Origin: Azolla caroliniana
Taxonomy: Eukaryota > Plantae > Polypodiophyta
Length of the DNA stretch: 64,000 nt
Direction of reading: 5' to 3'
Assembly: GCA_043228905.1 (NCBI GenBank)
Contig: JBHGNT010000007.1
Coordinates: 3,906,001 to 3,970,000, forward strand
Shown here: positions 47,766-60,740 of the stretch, piece after piece
Layout of the letters: each line of letters begins with the position of its first letter
Numbering within the stretch: the first letter of the stretch is position 1
Made by a program: the position numbers and the translations under genes
The notes under the pieces: model-generated
What the model was told of the DNA's origin: nothing
The model's database searches: none
The model's input: the letters and a program-made list of their open reading frames with translations, nothing else

Positions 47766-48696
47766 ATAAACAACCTCATAAAACCCACGAGGACCGACAT
47801 AAACATCCTAAACACAATCAACTTGTAAAATCCCACATAACCATTGTTTGACCCTCCAAAGGAAAGGTATCTTCCCCATGAAAAACAATATGAACCCTCT
47901 ATCAAAAAAGATTAGCAAATGAACCCAAAACTCCTTATTGTCTAGTTCTACCTTAGCCACTTCATCATCAACAAACTCCTCAACAACTTTTACATTCTCC
48001 CTTATACAATATTCCATTAGTATATTTGTCATGCATCTTAAATGTTCCCAATGACTATCATCTTTCTCAATATCATCTTGTTGCATTGCATTAGCATAAG
48101 ACATGTCATTACTATTATCTCCAATACATCGTTGTCTTTTACTGTCCCCTCTTGGACACGATATTAACTCAACCATGCATGGATCCTTTGAAGAATTTGG
48201 AGACTCATCCATATTCATGAAAACACCAACATCCATCTGTCAAAGAATATGAGAGAGCTCACTTATAAGTAATTTTGTTGGAGAAGGAAACAAAGCAAGC
48301 AACCATGAGATGCATACAACCGAATAGAAATTTTACTCGTAATGTTCTATAGAAACCACCAAATGATATGTGAAGATACTCTTTAGAAAGCTCTCTGTGC
48401 AAACTTCAAAACGAACCAAAGAACAAAGGAAACAGGCATTGTAGTAGGAAGATACATCAAAAATAGAATTTGCCCTTCTCCAACATACTTCTCTCTCTCT
48501 ATTCCATTACATCTCTATTCCACTAAACTATCACCTAGTTCTTTAATTATTTATAAGTGTTAGTTACAATGCTTTATAATGTATAGGCAAAAGGTTCAAA
48601 TCAGTTCATTGTATATGACTACAAATGTTTCATTGTTGAACTCCTTTTACAAGCACCAAGGATTCTTGGTTTAGAAAGAGTCATATATGTGTTGTA

Positions 48697-48840
48697 GGTG
48701 GCTCAACAAAACAACTCGTGGTTCAAATTGCAATTCGTCATATACTTTCTTGGATTATAGAGCTAAAGGGTGGCTCAACAAAACAACTCGTGGTTCAAAT
48801 TGCAATTCGTCATATACTTTCTTGGATTATAGAGCTAAAG
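48697..48840. repeat. Perfect 72-bp tandem duplication
   Basis: GGTGGCTCAAC...AGAGCTAAAG occurs at 48697-48768 and 48769-48840. Confidence 0.95.
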
Positions 48841-49339
48841 GCCAACTAGGAACTCAAAATATGTGTTACCCTCAAGTTTTGTTTCATCCAATAATGGAGG
48901 CCTTGAAGTATGGTCCAAAATAGGTCGTTGAATCTTGTGCCAATGGCCGCCATCTGATGCATAAAAGATAATATATTCCCATCATTTGTCATGACATTAG
49001 TATGATGCACACACAAAACGTTTCACCTCTAGTTGCTCACTCTAAACAGTATTATGTTGGTTGTCGTCTAGTATTACATAAATCGAAAGAAAGGTTTGCA
49101 ATAAGTGACGTCCAATCATGTCAAATATGAAACTCATTTTTCTTTTGAATTTTATGTTCCTAAATCAGTCGAAGTTAAAACACACATGCATAGATAACAT
49201 AGGTCCAATTATAAAGTTAAACTCACCCAACAATGAATTTGTGGAATGTCATAAAATGCTTAGATTTTAAAATATTACCTAAAAGATGAAAGCATGTTTT
49301 TCTTCTTTTTCTAAATAGGAAATGTGTGTCTCATCTAAA

Positions 49340-49726
49340 CATAGTTCCTAATATTCGCGTACGTCCAATTTACTGGACGTACGCGAACGTTTGCAAACGT
49401 ACGCGTATGATACGCGATATTCGTTTGGCTTCTTTTTTTTTTGACTTTTTTTTGGTTTTTTTAATTTTTGATATTCATAATATTTTGTGAATAGAAGTGA
49501 CATCTGACACACATACACACACACTCTCTCTCTCTCTCTCTCACACGAGAACTGACAGATTTTCTCTCTCTACAAAATCTAGATATCTAATATACATATT
49601 ACATACTCCCTCACACAGACAAAACCCATAGCTCCTCTCTCTCTCTCTCTCTAGAGTCTAGATATACACTCAATCACTGTCTCCTCACACATGCAAAACA
49701 GGGCTTCTCTCTCTAGACCACACACG

Positions 49727-49758
<32 letters not shown>

Positions 49759-49908
49759 CTATGTACACCATATACACCATATGTATATATAATATATCTA
49801 TGTACCGCGTATGGATTTCAATCATACTTGGAGCCTTTTCACGTATGAGTATGATACGAATATTGGCGTTTGAGTATGACACGAATGAGACGTATGGCTA
49901 GAACTATG
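49340..49908. mobile_element. hAT-family non-autonomous element (MITE)
   Basis: Terminal inverted repeat CATAGTTC...GAACTATG with an 8-bp TSD CATCTAAA (49332-49339 and 49909-49916). Confidence 0.9.
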
Positions 49909-49916
49909 CATCTAAA

Positions 49917-51250
49917 CTAAAAAAGAATCATTCAAGGTGGACCATTTTTGGGTTTGATGAGCTATGTAAAAATGTACACATATGTATGAAGATATGTCAA
50001 TCTCTTACATACATGACAACATCAATATCAAAAGAAATTTGAATTTCCTAAATTGCATATCATATGGCTAGATTTGGTTGGAACTTGGTATATGTAAAAA
50101 GTCAAAACAAATAAGGTGGACATCAATAAGATGGTCAAGAGTCAAGTTTTGTGACAGTTTAATAAATGAGTTGTCAATAAATATATTATTTATCAATAAT
50201 ATATTGACCAATAAACAAAAAGTATCCATTATATATATGTGTTTATGGCCCAAGTGTGCTAGTTTTGTAATAGATTGGTCATGACTATTATATATTTATT
50301 TTGTTAAAATAAGTTGGGTAGGGATTAAAGCAAAATTTTGAACATCATTCAAGAATGAGGTGGGTACTAGGAATGTTCGATGTGCCCATCGTGGTTGATA
50401 AATTATCTGACAATAATTTGACAAAGCCATGTTAAAGAATGTATTGACAATTTCAAGGTCAAAGGTTGAAGCATCCTATCAATACTTCAAAAGCAAGCAA
50501 CTTCTTACCATAAATTTCGTATGAAATGTGTGGTCTTCAAGCCACCTATCAAGAGTCATGATTTTGCATTAAGAAGCCACTTTAGTAAAGTGATATAGCT
50601 CAAGCTTCTTTTGAAACTCTAATACAAGTCTTTTTCCTTCTTTATGTACATCCTTTCTTGCGAAGTTGCAATTTGAAGAAAACAGTGTGCATACTCCCCC
50701 AAGGAACTATCAAAAGGAAATGAACACAATTTTATTACCTCTGAAAATCCAAAAAATTCAATGTATGTATATGTGGGTAGAAAATGTATCAAGTTAGAGT
50801 GTTGCAATTGGCTATCTATTGTTCATGTTGATGTACAAATGCATGCATTTACATGTAGGTGAGCAAGCAATATCAAAGTTGGATCTTAATTATTTTTTGA
50901 GGCTACATATATTGTTTAGGTGATTAAGTTTACAAAATGTAGGACAATAATATGAAACCAATGGGTGATTCATGTGAATGTCTGGAAAAGAAACGCAAAA
51001 ACATATCGTTTGTCTCGTAGGGATTATGGAACAAATTTGAATACTTCATTAGAGAGAAATGATGTTGACTCTTACCCGGTACAACATAAACAAGGAGTTG
51101 CCATTTAAAACAAATTTCGTAACTCATTCCTTCCTTTTGCTCCATAACACATTATGTAAGATGAGGCACTTTGTCTTGAAAGTTGAAACAATTTTCAAGT
51201 TTGCCCTATATTTTTCAAGGACAACATATACCAACAATCACTCTCTTTTC
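49917..51250 (-). pseudogene. Possible highly decayed hAT-like transposase remnant
   Basis: Only faint residual motifs on the minus strand (HFSLM, a degenerate HC..HR..LA segment near 50830-50800, WPINI); no long ORF. Confidence 0.35.
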
Positions 51251-51252
51251 GT

Positions 51253-51659
51253 AAGCTTCACGTAGTCATTATATGTTCTTATGTCTACTCATTCTTTTTA
51301 CAAAACCAACATCATAGACTTGACTATCATCCCTAACAACCAAACTTAGTTGAATTTTCATGGTATCATTGCCAAAGGTAGACATTAAAGCTTCACCTAG
51401 TCATTAAATGTTCTTATATTACTTGGTTTTTTTAGAAAACCAACATCATAGACTTGACTTATCATCCCTAAACAACCAAACTTAGTTGAATTTTCATGGT
51501 ATCATTTCCAAAGGTAGACGTTAAAGCTTCAACAAGTCATTAAATGTTCTTATATCAGTTCATTCTTTTAACAAAACCAACATCATAGACTTGACTTATC
51601 ATCCTTAAACAACCAAACTTAGTTGAATTTTCATTGTATAATTACCAAAGTAGACGTTA
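51253..51659. repeat. ~135-bp tandem repeat, 3 copies
   Basis: AAAACCAACATCATAGACTTGACT...AACCAAACTTAGTTGAATTTTCA recurs at about 51302, 51436 and 51573. Confidence 0.92.
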
Positions 51660-52222
51660 TTGTGAAGCAATTGCTAACAAATTCAAATAGTATTGCAAAA
51701 GTGATGTGTGAGGCTCAAACCCATAACCTAACATGTCAAACACCATTAGGATAAATCATAAGTTTTTCTATAACTGTATATTCCCATCATTATAATTATG
51801 TCTTATGAAGTATTCATGTTGATTAAGATGAGCAACATGGTTGTCATGCATCACATGTTAATATATGTGCGCCCAAGTGGCAATCGCACATCACTTTTAT
51901 CATGTGCACTCTCACACACGTGCACACAAACATCACATGCAATCTTGTTTGAGCACCTATTTAAGGAAGGAATGGAAGTGTCTAGGTATCAAGGAAAATA
52001 TAAATTCATTTGGTAATTAATTAATCAAGCTAGCTCGTCGGCAAAGGTATCTCTCAAGATCGAAATCGAGGGTTTGAGCCAAAGTTTGGCAAAGATAAAG
52101 TGTCATTCTTACAATGGAATATTATATTTTGGTAGATAAATTCTTGTATTCCCAATTTAATAGAACATATTTTTACCATACATTATTTCAATTTTGTTTC
52201 TTTAATGCTACACAATCTCCAA

Positions 52223-52579
52223 GGGGTGGCTCTTCGACTCATTAGTGACCCCTTCCTCATGTATGCATCAATGGTTTGGGCTCCACTCGATAATAAAGTG
52301 ACACCTGCACCTCATAAATGTACGTATATTGAATCGAAGAGAGACTTGGATGGAAACCCTTTGACCCCTCGCTTCTTTTCAAGAGACTTGGATGGAAATT
52401 AAACGAGGCCTAGTACAAAGTCATTTGAATATGTTACACCATAACATGCTTTGTACGATACTAGAACTCTTTTAGCTTAAGTTCTTTTTTTTTTCTTTTT
52501 TTTTTTGATGATCAGATAAACAACCCTTTTTTGTTGTAAACCAATTGTCTCATGGACCAATTTTGGGCGTAGAAGACGT

Positions 52580-52652
<73 letters not shown>
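52223..52652 (+). mobile_element. Internally deleted fragment of the RTE-like LINE with (CT)n tail
   Basis: 52223-52280 matches 26326-26385 and 52352-52585 matches 27488-27717. It ends GAAGACGTTAAT followed by (CT)n. Confidence 0.85.
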
Positions 52653-52655
<3 letters not shown>

Positions 52656-52659
52656 GAAA

Positions 52660-54470
52660 TCTCCTTGTTCATAGCTTTGGTGGTTTGACATAGGCAGCAT
52701 GAACTCTACGACAAAACATTTGGTGGAATTGACATGAATGTTGATGAGGGGAGTCTCTGATAGTAGAATGGGCTAAAAGTGGCTTCAATGCGAACATGAT
52801 AAACCTCATGGTGACCATGATGAACCGAACGATACAAGAACAAAGTGTGGCTAACTTATTGGAGAGATTGTTGACATAGAAGATTGGCCAATTTAATGGC
52901 GAAGACATCACAAGATTTCTAGAGGTCAATGGGTATGAACTTATCAATGAAAGTGCAATTAGTCTACATGTGGTGGCTTAATTGGTGTAGTTGAAAAGAG
53001 TGGTGACCCTAGAGGTTTAGGTAAAGGTAGCGGAATTTTAAGAAATTTTTTGGGTAGATTTGAGTTTCGTCAAGCATTATTAGACATGAATATATGGTTC
53101 ACAACTTCACTATAGTCATGAAGAAGACCTTTCTCAAATGGATCAAGGACGTGAAGATTTTTCAGTGTTAGAATTACTAAGAGGATTTGAGAATAAGTGT
53201 GTCAATGAGCTCTTGGCAAGGGATTTACAACTTCTTCAATTAGAGTTCAAGGTAGATTTGTTCATCCGAACAATGGACAAATCTTTTAGAAAAGATCTTG
53301 CAATCCTTCTAGTGAACAAGCACAAGTGAACTTGTGTCTGACTGGGCTAAGATCCCAAAGGCTTGTCATATACTTTGAAGAATGTCATTGCAAATAGAGG
53401 ACGATGTGGAAAGTTCGAACAAAATTATTGCGAGAGTTCATCCAACACAAGAATCAATTGCTTGAGCGAGAGGAGAAAGAGGTAAAGAATTAGAATAACC
53501 TATTGATGACATAATCAAAGGCATGAAGGATCTTCAATTAAGGTTCACTGAGTTAGAGAAAGTTGAAAGCTCAAGACAACAAAAAAGCCCAAGGAAGGAC
53601 AAAAAGAAAACTTCACATGTTGATGCATATGGTACAATAGCACCCAACATTAAAAGAGGGCTTTCACATCGAGTCATCAAGAACCTCATGATGGAAATCT
53701 AAGCTTCTATCAAGATGAGAATATTCATCTGTCCGAAACTCAACAACCTCTCCAATTCAACTTCGAAAAAGGTAGAATGAAGAAGTTCATAAAGAACACT
53801 AAATCCAAAAGTATACAAGTAATTTACTATTCGACAATGTCTGGGATGAAGGTAGGTGATCCTCATGTTGGTAATGGATTCTAGAATAAGGTGATTACTA
53901 TTGCAAGTAAAGGAGTGGTTTGACCAGCAAGCGGAAGATGAGATTCGAACTAATACTAGGTGGAATGACCCAATAGACACACTAAAGGGATTTCTAAAAG
54001 TTGTTGGGGTGAATGCACATGAAGTTTAAGTAGAAGAGAAGAGAAAAAGAATAGCTAAAATTGGTTCTTCTAGAAGACTAGAAAAGAAGAGAATCAAAGA
54101 AAGTCGTTGTCACGGAAGAAAAGTCAAAGAAACAAGCAATCCCGGCCTTCAAACTATCCTCAGATATAGAGAATTTCTTTAACATCAAAAAGATTTTAGA
54201 AACTAGAATCCTTGATAGTAAGGTAGAGTTTACTCTCAACGAATTGTTAGGAATCACAAAGAAAGAATTTCATGAGGTTATAATTGACGTGATCTAAAGA
54301 AAGAGACAAGTGGCAGATGAAGCTAGTGGATTTAATGCAATTAAAATTCAAGACTTTGTGAAGGAGCAAGTTGCATTATTAAAAAGAGTAAGGGGTGAAA
54401 ATAAAAATATCAATCAAGACGAAGACAAAAGTCACTACACCCATGCTAATTAGGCTTGGGCAACATCTAG
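52660..54470 (+). mobile_element. Old degenerate Gypsy-like gag remnant of the tRNA-Trp PBS type
   Basis: LTR-end-like CTACGACA (to 52713) and PBS-like TGGTGGAATTGACATGAA at 52721. Residual KIGQFNGEDITRFL, WNDPID and RILDSKVEFTLNELLGI. Confidence 0.6.
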
Positions 54471-56718
54471 ATTGAAGAATTCATGCATTTCTATGAAGCT
54501 ATTCATCCTCAACATCCCCCTCCACCCACCCCATCCTCACTTCATCCTCACATCATTTGTCAAACTTCCTCTTCTACCTCTCCTCTACCCCCAACATGTC
54601 AATCAAGTTTGAAGAATCCACCTTTATCCACACACAGTTGGCATTTCCCCCTCGACCCATTTCTTCTGATTGACAACATTTTGAGCATTTTGAGCCATCT
54701 CAATGGCCTATAATTTTAAGATCATTGGGCAAGACAAATAGCAGGAATTTAGTTTCTTGAACGATCCCTTATATAATCTCTATCTTGTTGTCTATAACTT
54801 AGGGACATCACACTTCAAACTTACATTATTCTCTTTGAGTGCTTTTAAGTGCTTTACTGTCTACTCAACACTTTGTAATCTTTCATTGTTGTTTTGTGGA
54901 TTTTCATCTGGCATTGAGGTTTTCAACTAGTCCTGTTATATATATATATATTATTGCAAAAAAGGTTTATCTAAGGATTCAATAGCTTATGGGGAAATGC
55001 TACTTGTTGACACGTCGTCCTATGCAAATGCATTGGTCATGAAGTTTAACTCTTACGGTCAATTTAAATGCAACATTGAATCCCTTATAGAAACATGTCC
55101 TTCTACTCATACCTATTGGTGGTTGGTCACCACCACTTTAATAACTTATTGTTTTCTAAGTGCACTACTTAAGCTACGGCTATACATCTATGTGACCATG
55201 TCTTTCTTTCGGGAGTGCTTCCTTTTATACAATGTTCCTTGTATAATATACCTTGCTGCCATCAAGTAGATTTGTGCTTATCTTTTTATTTTATATTTTA
55301 TACAGTAGTATTTAATTATAAAGTAATCTAAAGAGGGAAATACCTCATCTTTAGTACTATAGATTACTAATGAATGTATATAAAAATACAATGAGAGACT
55401 AGGCTTGGGACAACATTTGAATAGAGTTTGAAACTCATGACAAAGCAATTGAATCTTAGTGAGGCCCGGCTCATAGGCCACCAAAGTTATCAAGACATCA
55501 ATCCCACATATTTTCTCACTTAGGCCTCAGAAGCTTGCATGTCTACGTTATGCTTTCTATACCAACCATATATTCACAACATGCATTATGAACCCAAGGA
55601 AGATATACCATTGTGAACATTTGTCACATTCCACACGCCTTATATATTCATAAGATTCCACACCTTCTGTTTTCCGGATCAAACATCGTATTGCCATTTT
55701 AACCAATACCACGAAACTTGCATGTTCTTGTAAACATGTCGAAGAGTGAAACTCTTCGGAGCATCAAAATTCAATTCCAAAATATGCCGGGTATAAATTA
55801 CGCCATCTTGGGATGGGAATTCATCGGCCAAGATCCAAACCCAAAGTAAAAGGCCGATAGTCAAGAGAGTCGTGTGTGCAATATGGAATGGAAGCTATGG
55901 AAGCCGAGTGTAGGCTAGTCAAACCTCTAGCACCTCGTGGTGTGGTCGAAGAGCAAGTACAAAGACAAGGAGGGGCTTTCTTCTTCGGTGCGAACAACCC
56001 CACCAACGTTCTTTCCTCATAGAAACATAATACCCACCTAAACCCTAGCCGCAAGCCAAGAGGGTCAATATTGTCAGACTCTTTTGCAAACTTGTTGACA
56101 TGGTTTGTAAGTTTAGGAGCATGCTTACTGGGTAGGGGTCTCTAGAATGAAGCAAGAGAGTTGCTGATATGGGAGAGATGGAGTCCATGTTCAAACTTCA
56201 CAAGATTAAGTCAAAACTTGGCAATGGAAGAGAGAGATAATACGGAAGCAACCTAAAAACATACACATAACATTCACTTTTTATACATATATTTCTAATT
56301 GATAACTTCTTTCATCTCCCATTCTTTTCTTGGACCTCCTTTTTTCGTTTATTTATATATATATACACCAAAAAAATATGTACATACATAATAACAATCC
56401 CCACTTTTATTTATTTATTTATTGCTGGGTCCATATTTTTACTTGGTCAAATTCAAAACGGCTGCCCGCACTATTTAAGTAGACCTGCGTAGTCATCACT
56501 AATCACTCCACTAATCGCCTCGCTAATCACCCCACTAATCTCCTCCTAATTAGCTCCCTGCCCTTTTTTCTTTTGGATAACTCTAATCACATCCTCCTTC
56601 GGCCACTTAAATCGCTGGCCTGCTTAGATTAATCAACCACTTCACTGATTAATTTGCGTTTGATCCATTTAATCCTGAACGCAATTAGCCCGGACCTGCC
56701 ATTCGAATCCGATCCGCC

Positions 56719-58308
56719 ATGACTAGCCCCCTGTCTCCTAAGCCTTCCCACGCAGATGTCATCATCGCCGATTTCCGCTATGAGACATCGCGAGCCGCCC
56801 AGATTCAAGAGCGGGTCCTCTCAGAGATCCTCAAGAAGAACGCAGGCACCGAATACCTCAGCCGCTTCCTCGGCAATGCCTGTGACCTAACTTCTGATTC
56901 CTCCGCCCCATCTCTGATCGACGAATTCCGGCGTCGAGTACCCCTTGTCACTCACTCTGATCTCAAGCCTTTCTTTGATCGCATCGCTGATGGCGATCGA
57001 TCCCCCATCCTCACTGCAGATCCTGTGGATACCCTGTCCCTCAGGTAAATTGAATTGGAATTTCAATTTGACTTTAATCTTTAATGCCATATTGTTGAAC
57101 TTGATTGAACCCCATCGAAGAAAATGTGCTCTGATCGAGCTAACTAACTTCGGGTCCTAATCATGTTAATTAAGTAAACATGGCGTTAGGTGCAGCGATT
57201 TATTGCTTAAGTGACCACATTCCTGGAATTTCTAGTTAATTAATAATTTGATCAACGAATTGGATTGAATTTTGTGCGGTGCAGCTCGGGAACCACTTCA
57301 GATGGGCAGCAGAAATACCTAATTCTTTACAAAGAGATCCTGGATGCATCATTGAAGCTAGCCAAGATATCCGGAGCCTTCAGATCAAGGTATTAATTAT
57401 CATTTGATTAAATATACATAGAATCAGTAATTGTGATTTACCGAGCTCCTATAAAATGTCTTGATTCTAAGGGTAAGTTTAAAGAGCAGGTTGTGTGATT
57501 AAGGGGGATCAACTATGATCTAATTATGTTCATCCAAATTCAAATTCTCAAATTCAAATGAATGAACCCAAATTTCGAATTTGGAATGAATGAACCCAAA
57601 TCAAATCAAACGTGTAATCAAGTAAAAATTTCATGTAATGAAGCCAAAAAACAGTAGTTAATGTCTAAGTGCAGTGCAATCTTGACTCGAAACATTCAAA
57701 ATAGAGTCCTGAGAAATCCAAAGCAGCATCCAAATAATAATAATTAGGAATAATAATAATAAGGATGAAGGCACATTTGATGAATCAAAAAAATTGAAAA
57801 GGTTGAAGGGATGTAAGTGATGCATACTAATGAAGGAATAATAAAAACAAAATAGATAATTATGTATAGTAAACAAATACATAAGAAATAAATAAAAAAA
57901 CGAATAGAAAAAATAATTTCCTTTCATTAGCTGCTGGAATAATAATAATAATAATAATAAACTGATAGATAAATAACAAAAAAACGAATAAAAATAAATA
58001 AATTTCCTTTCATTAGCTGCTGGAATAATAATAATAATAATAATAATAAACTGATAGATAAATAACAAAAAGCGAATAAAAATAAATAAATTTCCTTTCA
58101 TTAGCTGCTGCACACTAATGAAGGAATAAAAAAAACAAAAAAACTGATAAATAAATAGCAAAAGGCGAGTAAAAATATAAATTCCTTTCATTAGCGGCGG
58201 CTGCTAATGAAGGAATACTACTAATAATAAACATATATAATAATAAATAAAAAAAATAAATTCGTTCATTAGCAGCTGCGGCACACTAATGAAGATTAAT
58301 AAAATAAT

Positions 58309-58339
<31 letters not shown>

Positions 58340-60302
58340 AGATTAATGAATGAATTAATTAATTTTGGGGATGATATATGTATATATGGATATGTATTGC
58401 AGGGCATTCCCGATCAGATCAGGGAAGAAGCTTCTAGACCTAGTGTTCTCAGGGAAGGTAACGACGACGAAAGGGAAGATAAAGACGGGGACAGCGACGA
58501 CGCACCTGTTCAGGAGCAAGGAGTTCAAGCTAAAGTACAAGTCCACAAACGTGAAGGCGTGCTCACCAGAGGAGGTGATCAGGGCCAGCAACAACAGGCA
58601 GGCCATGTACTGCCACCTCCTCTCCTCCTTGGTCCACAGGGAGGACATCGAGTTCATACACTCCACCTTCGCCTACTCCATCGTCGAGGCCCTCCGCACA
58701 TTCGAGGCGGAGTGGCCGCGCATGTGTCATGACATCCGCCATGGCACTTTGTCCGGCCTGGTCACCGATGAGTCCGTCCGCGACGCCATGCACGCCAATG
58801 TCCTCCCCCGCCCCCGCCCCGACCTCGCCCACTCCCTCGCCCGCCTCTGCTCCCACCTCGCCTCCCGCCCCCACACCCCCTGGGCTGGCCTCGTCCCCAC
58901 CATCTGGCCCAACTGCAAGTACATTCTCTCCATCATGACTGGTGCCATGGAACCTTACCTTCAAAAGCTGCAACATTATGGAGGTACTACCCTACTCTAC
59001 TCTACTCTACTCTACTCAAAATCTCTCACCTTTTAATCCCCATGATTCAATCAATCCCCCCCCCCCAATCTACATGTTAATTCACCATCCATCCATCACT
59101 TCCACCCATCTACATGTCAATTCACCATGATCCATGAATATCATCATCATCACCCCATCTACATCTTAATTCACCATGACCCATGAATATCCTCATCATC
59201 ACCCCATCTTTTCATGAATTTTTTCCTTTATCATTGTAACTCCCCAAAAACAACTCTAGCAATACACCATTCATGTCACCACCACCACCAATATGTACGT
59301 ATTAATCAAAGTCTTTGTCTATCTATATGTGTAATAACAGGTCACTTGCCTCTCGTGAGCTCCGACTACGGTGCCACCGAGTCTTGGGTGGGTGTGAACA
59401 CGAACCCTAAGGCCGCCCCCGAAGACACCACCTTTACCGTCGTCCCCACGTTCGCCTACTTCGAATTCATCCCCCAGGTCCGCGCGGACGGTGAGACTTC
59501 GGAACAGCTCCTCGGCCTCACGGAGGTTCAAGTCGGTCAAGAATACGAGATTGTCATGACCACTTATGGAGGTAACCATTGGCTTCATGTGTATATATGC
59601 ATTCTCTTATTATTTACCTATCAAAGATGTTCTTGTGTCCCAGAAATTTTATTTCATTCACTAATGAATTGACATTGGTACACTTCTTCTCTTGCAGGTC
59701 TTTATCGTTACCGACTCGGTGACATCGTTCGAGTTACCGGCTTCTACAACCAATCTCCTCAACTAGCCTATGTTTGTCGAAAGAATGTTGTCCTCACTGT
59801 TCACATCGACAAGAACACGGAGAAAGATCTACAAATCGCAGTCTACGAAGGCATGGACAAGCTTCGAGAACAAGATCCCACGATAGAACTCGTAGACTTC
59901 ACTAGCTATGCTAGTCTTTCAACGGACCCGGGTCATTACGTGATCTTCGTTGAGCTTAACCGCCTCCCGCACAAGAACAATTTACAATCCGTTGTCGTTG
60001 AGGAAAATGATGCCCATGGTGTGAATGATGAGTCCATTGCCCTTCTCCAAGAGTGTGCCACGACAATTGACCTTGCTTTTCTCGACCCGGGTTATGTTGG
60101 GTCTAGAAAAATCCATACCATTGGCCCTTTGGAGCTATGCCTTGTCAAACCTGGAACTTTTCGCTCCCTACTTGACCGATACCTCGCACGTGGGGCTGCC
60201 ATTACTCAATACAAAACTCCACGATGCATCCCCTCCGATGAGCTTCGCCGCATCCTTCATAGTAAAGCTATTGCCTCTACCCATAGCTTAGCCTACCTCT
60301 AA
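56719..60302 (+). CDS. GH3: GH3 acyl-acid amido synthetase, group I (JAR1/GH3.10-like); exons 56719-57044, 57285-57389, 58403-58983, 59341-59571, 59698-60302; 615 aa
   Basis: Four GT-AG introns give an uninterrupted 1848-nt frame. Motifs LSLSSGTT, QAMYCHLL, IMTGAMEPY, DYGATESWVGVN, AYFEFIP, GLYRYRLGDIV, DPGHYVIF, IGPLEL and QYKTPRC. Confidence 0.96.
57820..58340. repeat. AT-rich minisatellite and (GAA)n inside GH3 intron 2
   Basis: Repeated TTCCTTTCATTAGCTGCTG, CTAATGAAGGAATA and (AAT)n blocks; (GAA)n at 58311-58340. Confidence 0.85.
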
Positions 60303-60740
60303 ATGTTGTTCGTGCCCAAATCTCATTTACACTACACACTCTTGGCAACATTCTAATTCACTGCATCAAAATGTTGTGCTAAACATTAAATTCACACACA
60401 ACTTTAACCCCCTTCCATGAGTTAATTTGTAAATAATGGTTGGAGACATTATTGTGGGGGTTAAAATATACATATATATGATCTAAACATTTGATCATTT
60501 AGAGTTAATGAAATATCACTCCTTTCAAAACAATTCATCCATCGCCTTCACTTCTACATTAGTGATCCATCACCTTCTGCCACCGTCGACACAAATTAAA
60601 AATTTGGTCATGAATCCATAATCAAATGAAAGTTTACTGGCATATTAAATGGCTAACCCTATAATGTGTGTATGTATGCTTGGTTGCATGACATTAAAGA
60701 GAAACTATCTAATGGACACTTACTCAATTTGATAACAAAG

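Larger units (their letters stand above)
37528..48236 (-). pseudogene. L1 ORF1 (DUF4283-like), split by the methyltransferase element 38413-47765
   Basis: RGFILFFMGKIP..VKQWL..DVYVGPRGFYEVVY (to 47766) joins in frame to LSQEYKEKLLNKLPVFYEKSLVHIVP...LVWVEV (from 38412). This matches the GFFLVKFESEEDRDKVL pattern of plant L1 ORF1. Confidence 0.75.
27793..48500 (-). mobile_element. L1-like LINE split into three pieces (about 48500-47766, 38412-37212, 31435-27793); 5' boundary approximate
   Basis: ORF1 (48236 to 37528) and ORF2 (37531 to about 27931) rejoin across both insertions. The ORF1 stop overlaps the ORF2 start (ATGA at 37531-37528). Confidence 0.85.

Noticed and set aside
47766-48236. 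An upstream exon of the methyltransferase gene (TTTAG acceptor-like site at 47808)
   Set aside because: It is out of frame with the ParB-like segment and instead joins in frame to L1 ORF1 at 38412; it is L1 sequence.
55420-56250. Possible decayed LINE ORF1 or gene fragment on the minus strand
   Set aside because: Only short broken frames with no motif I can identify confidently.
57658-58407. Hydrophobic ORFs antisense to GH3 intron 2
   Set aside because: Translation artefacts of (AAT)n and (GAA)n low-complexity repeats.
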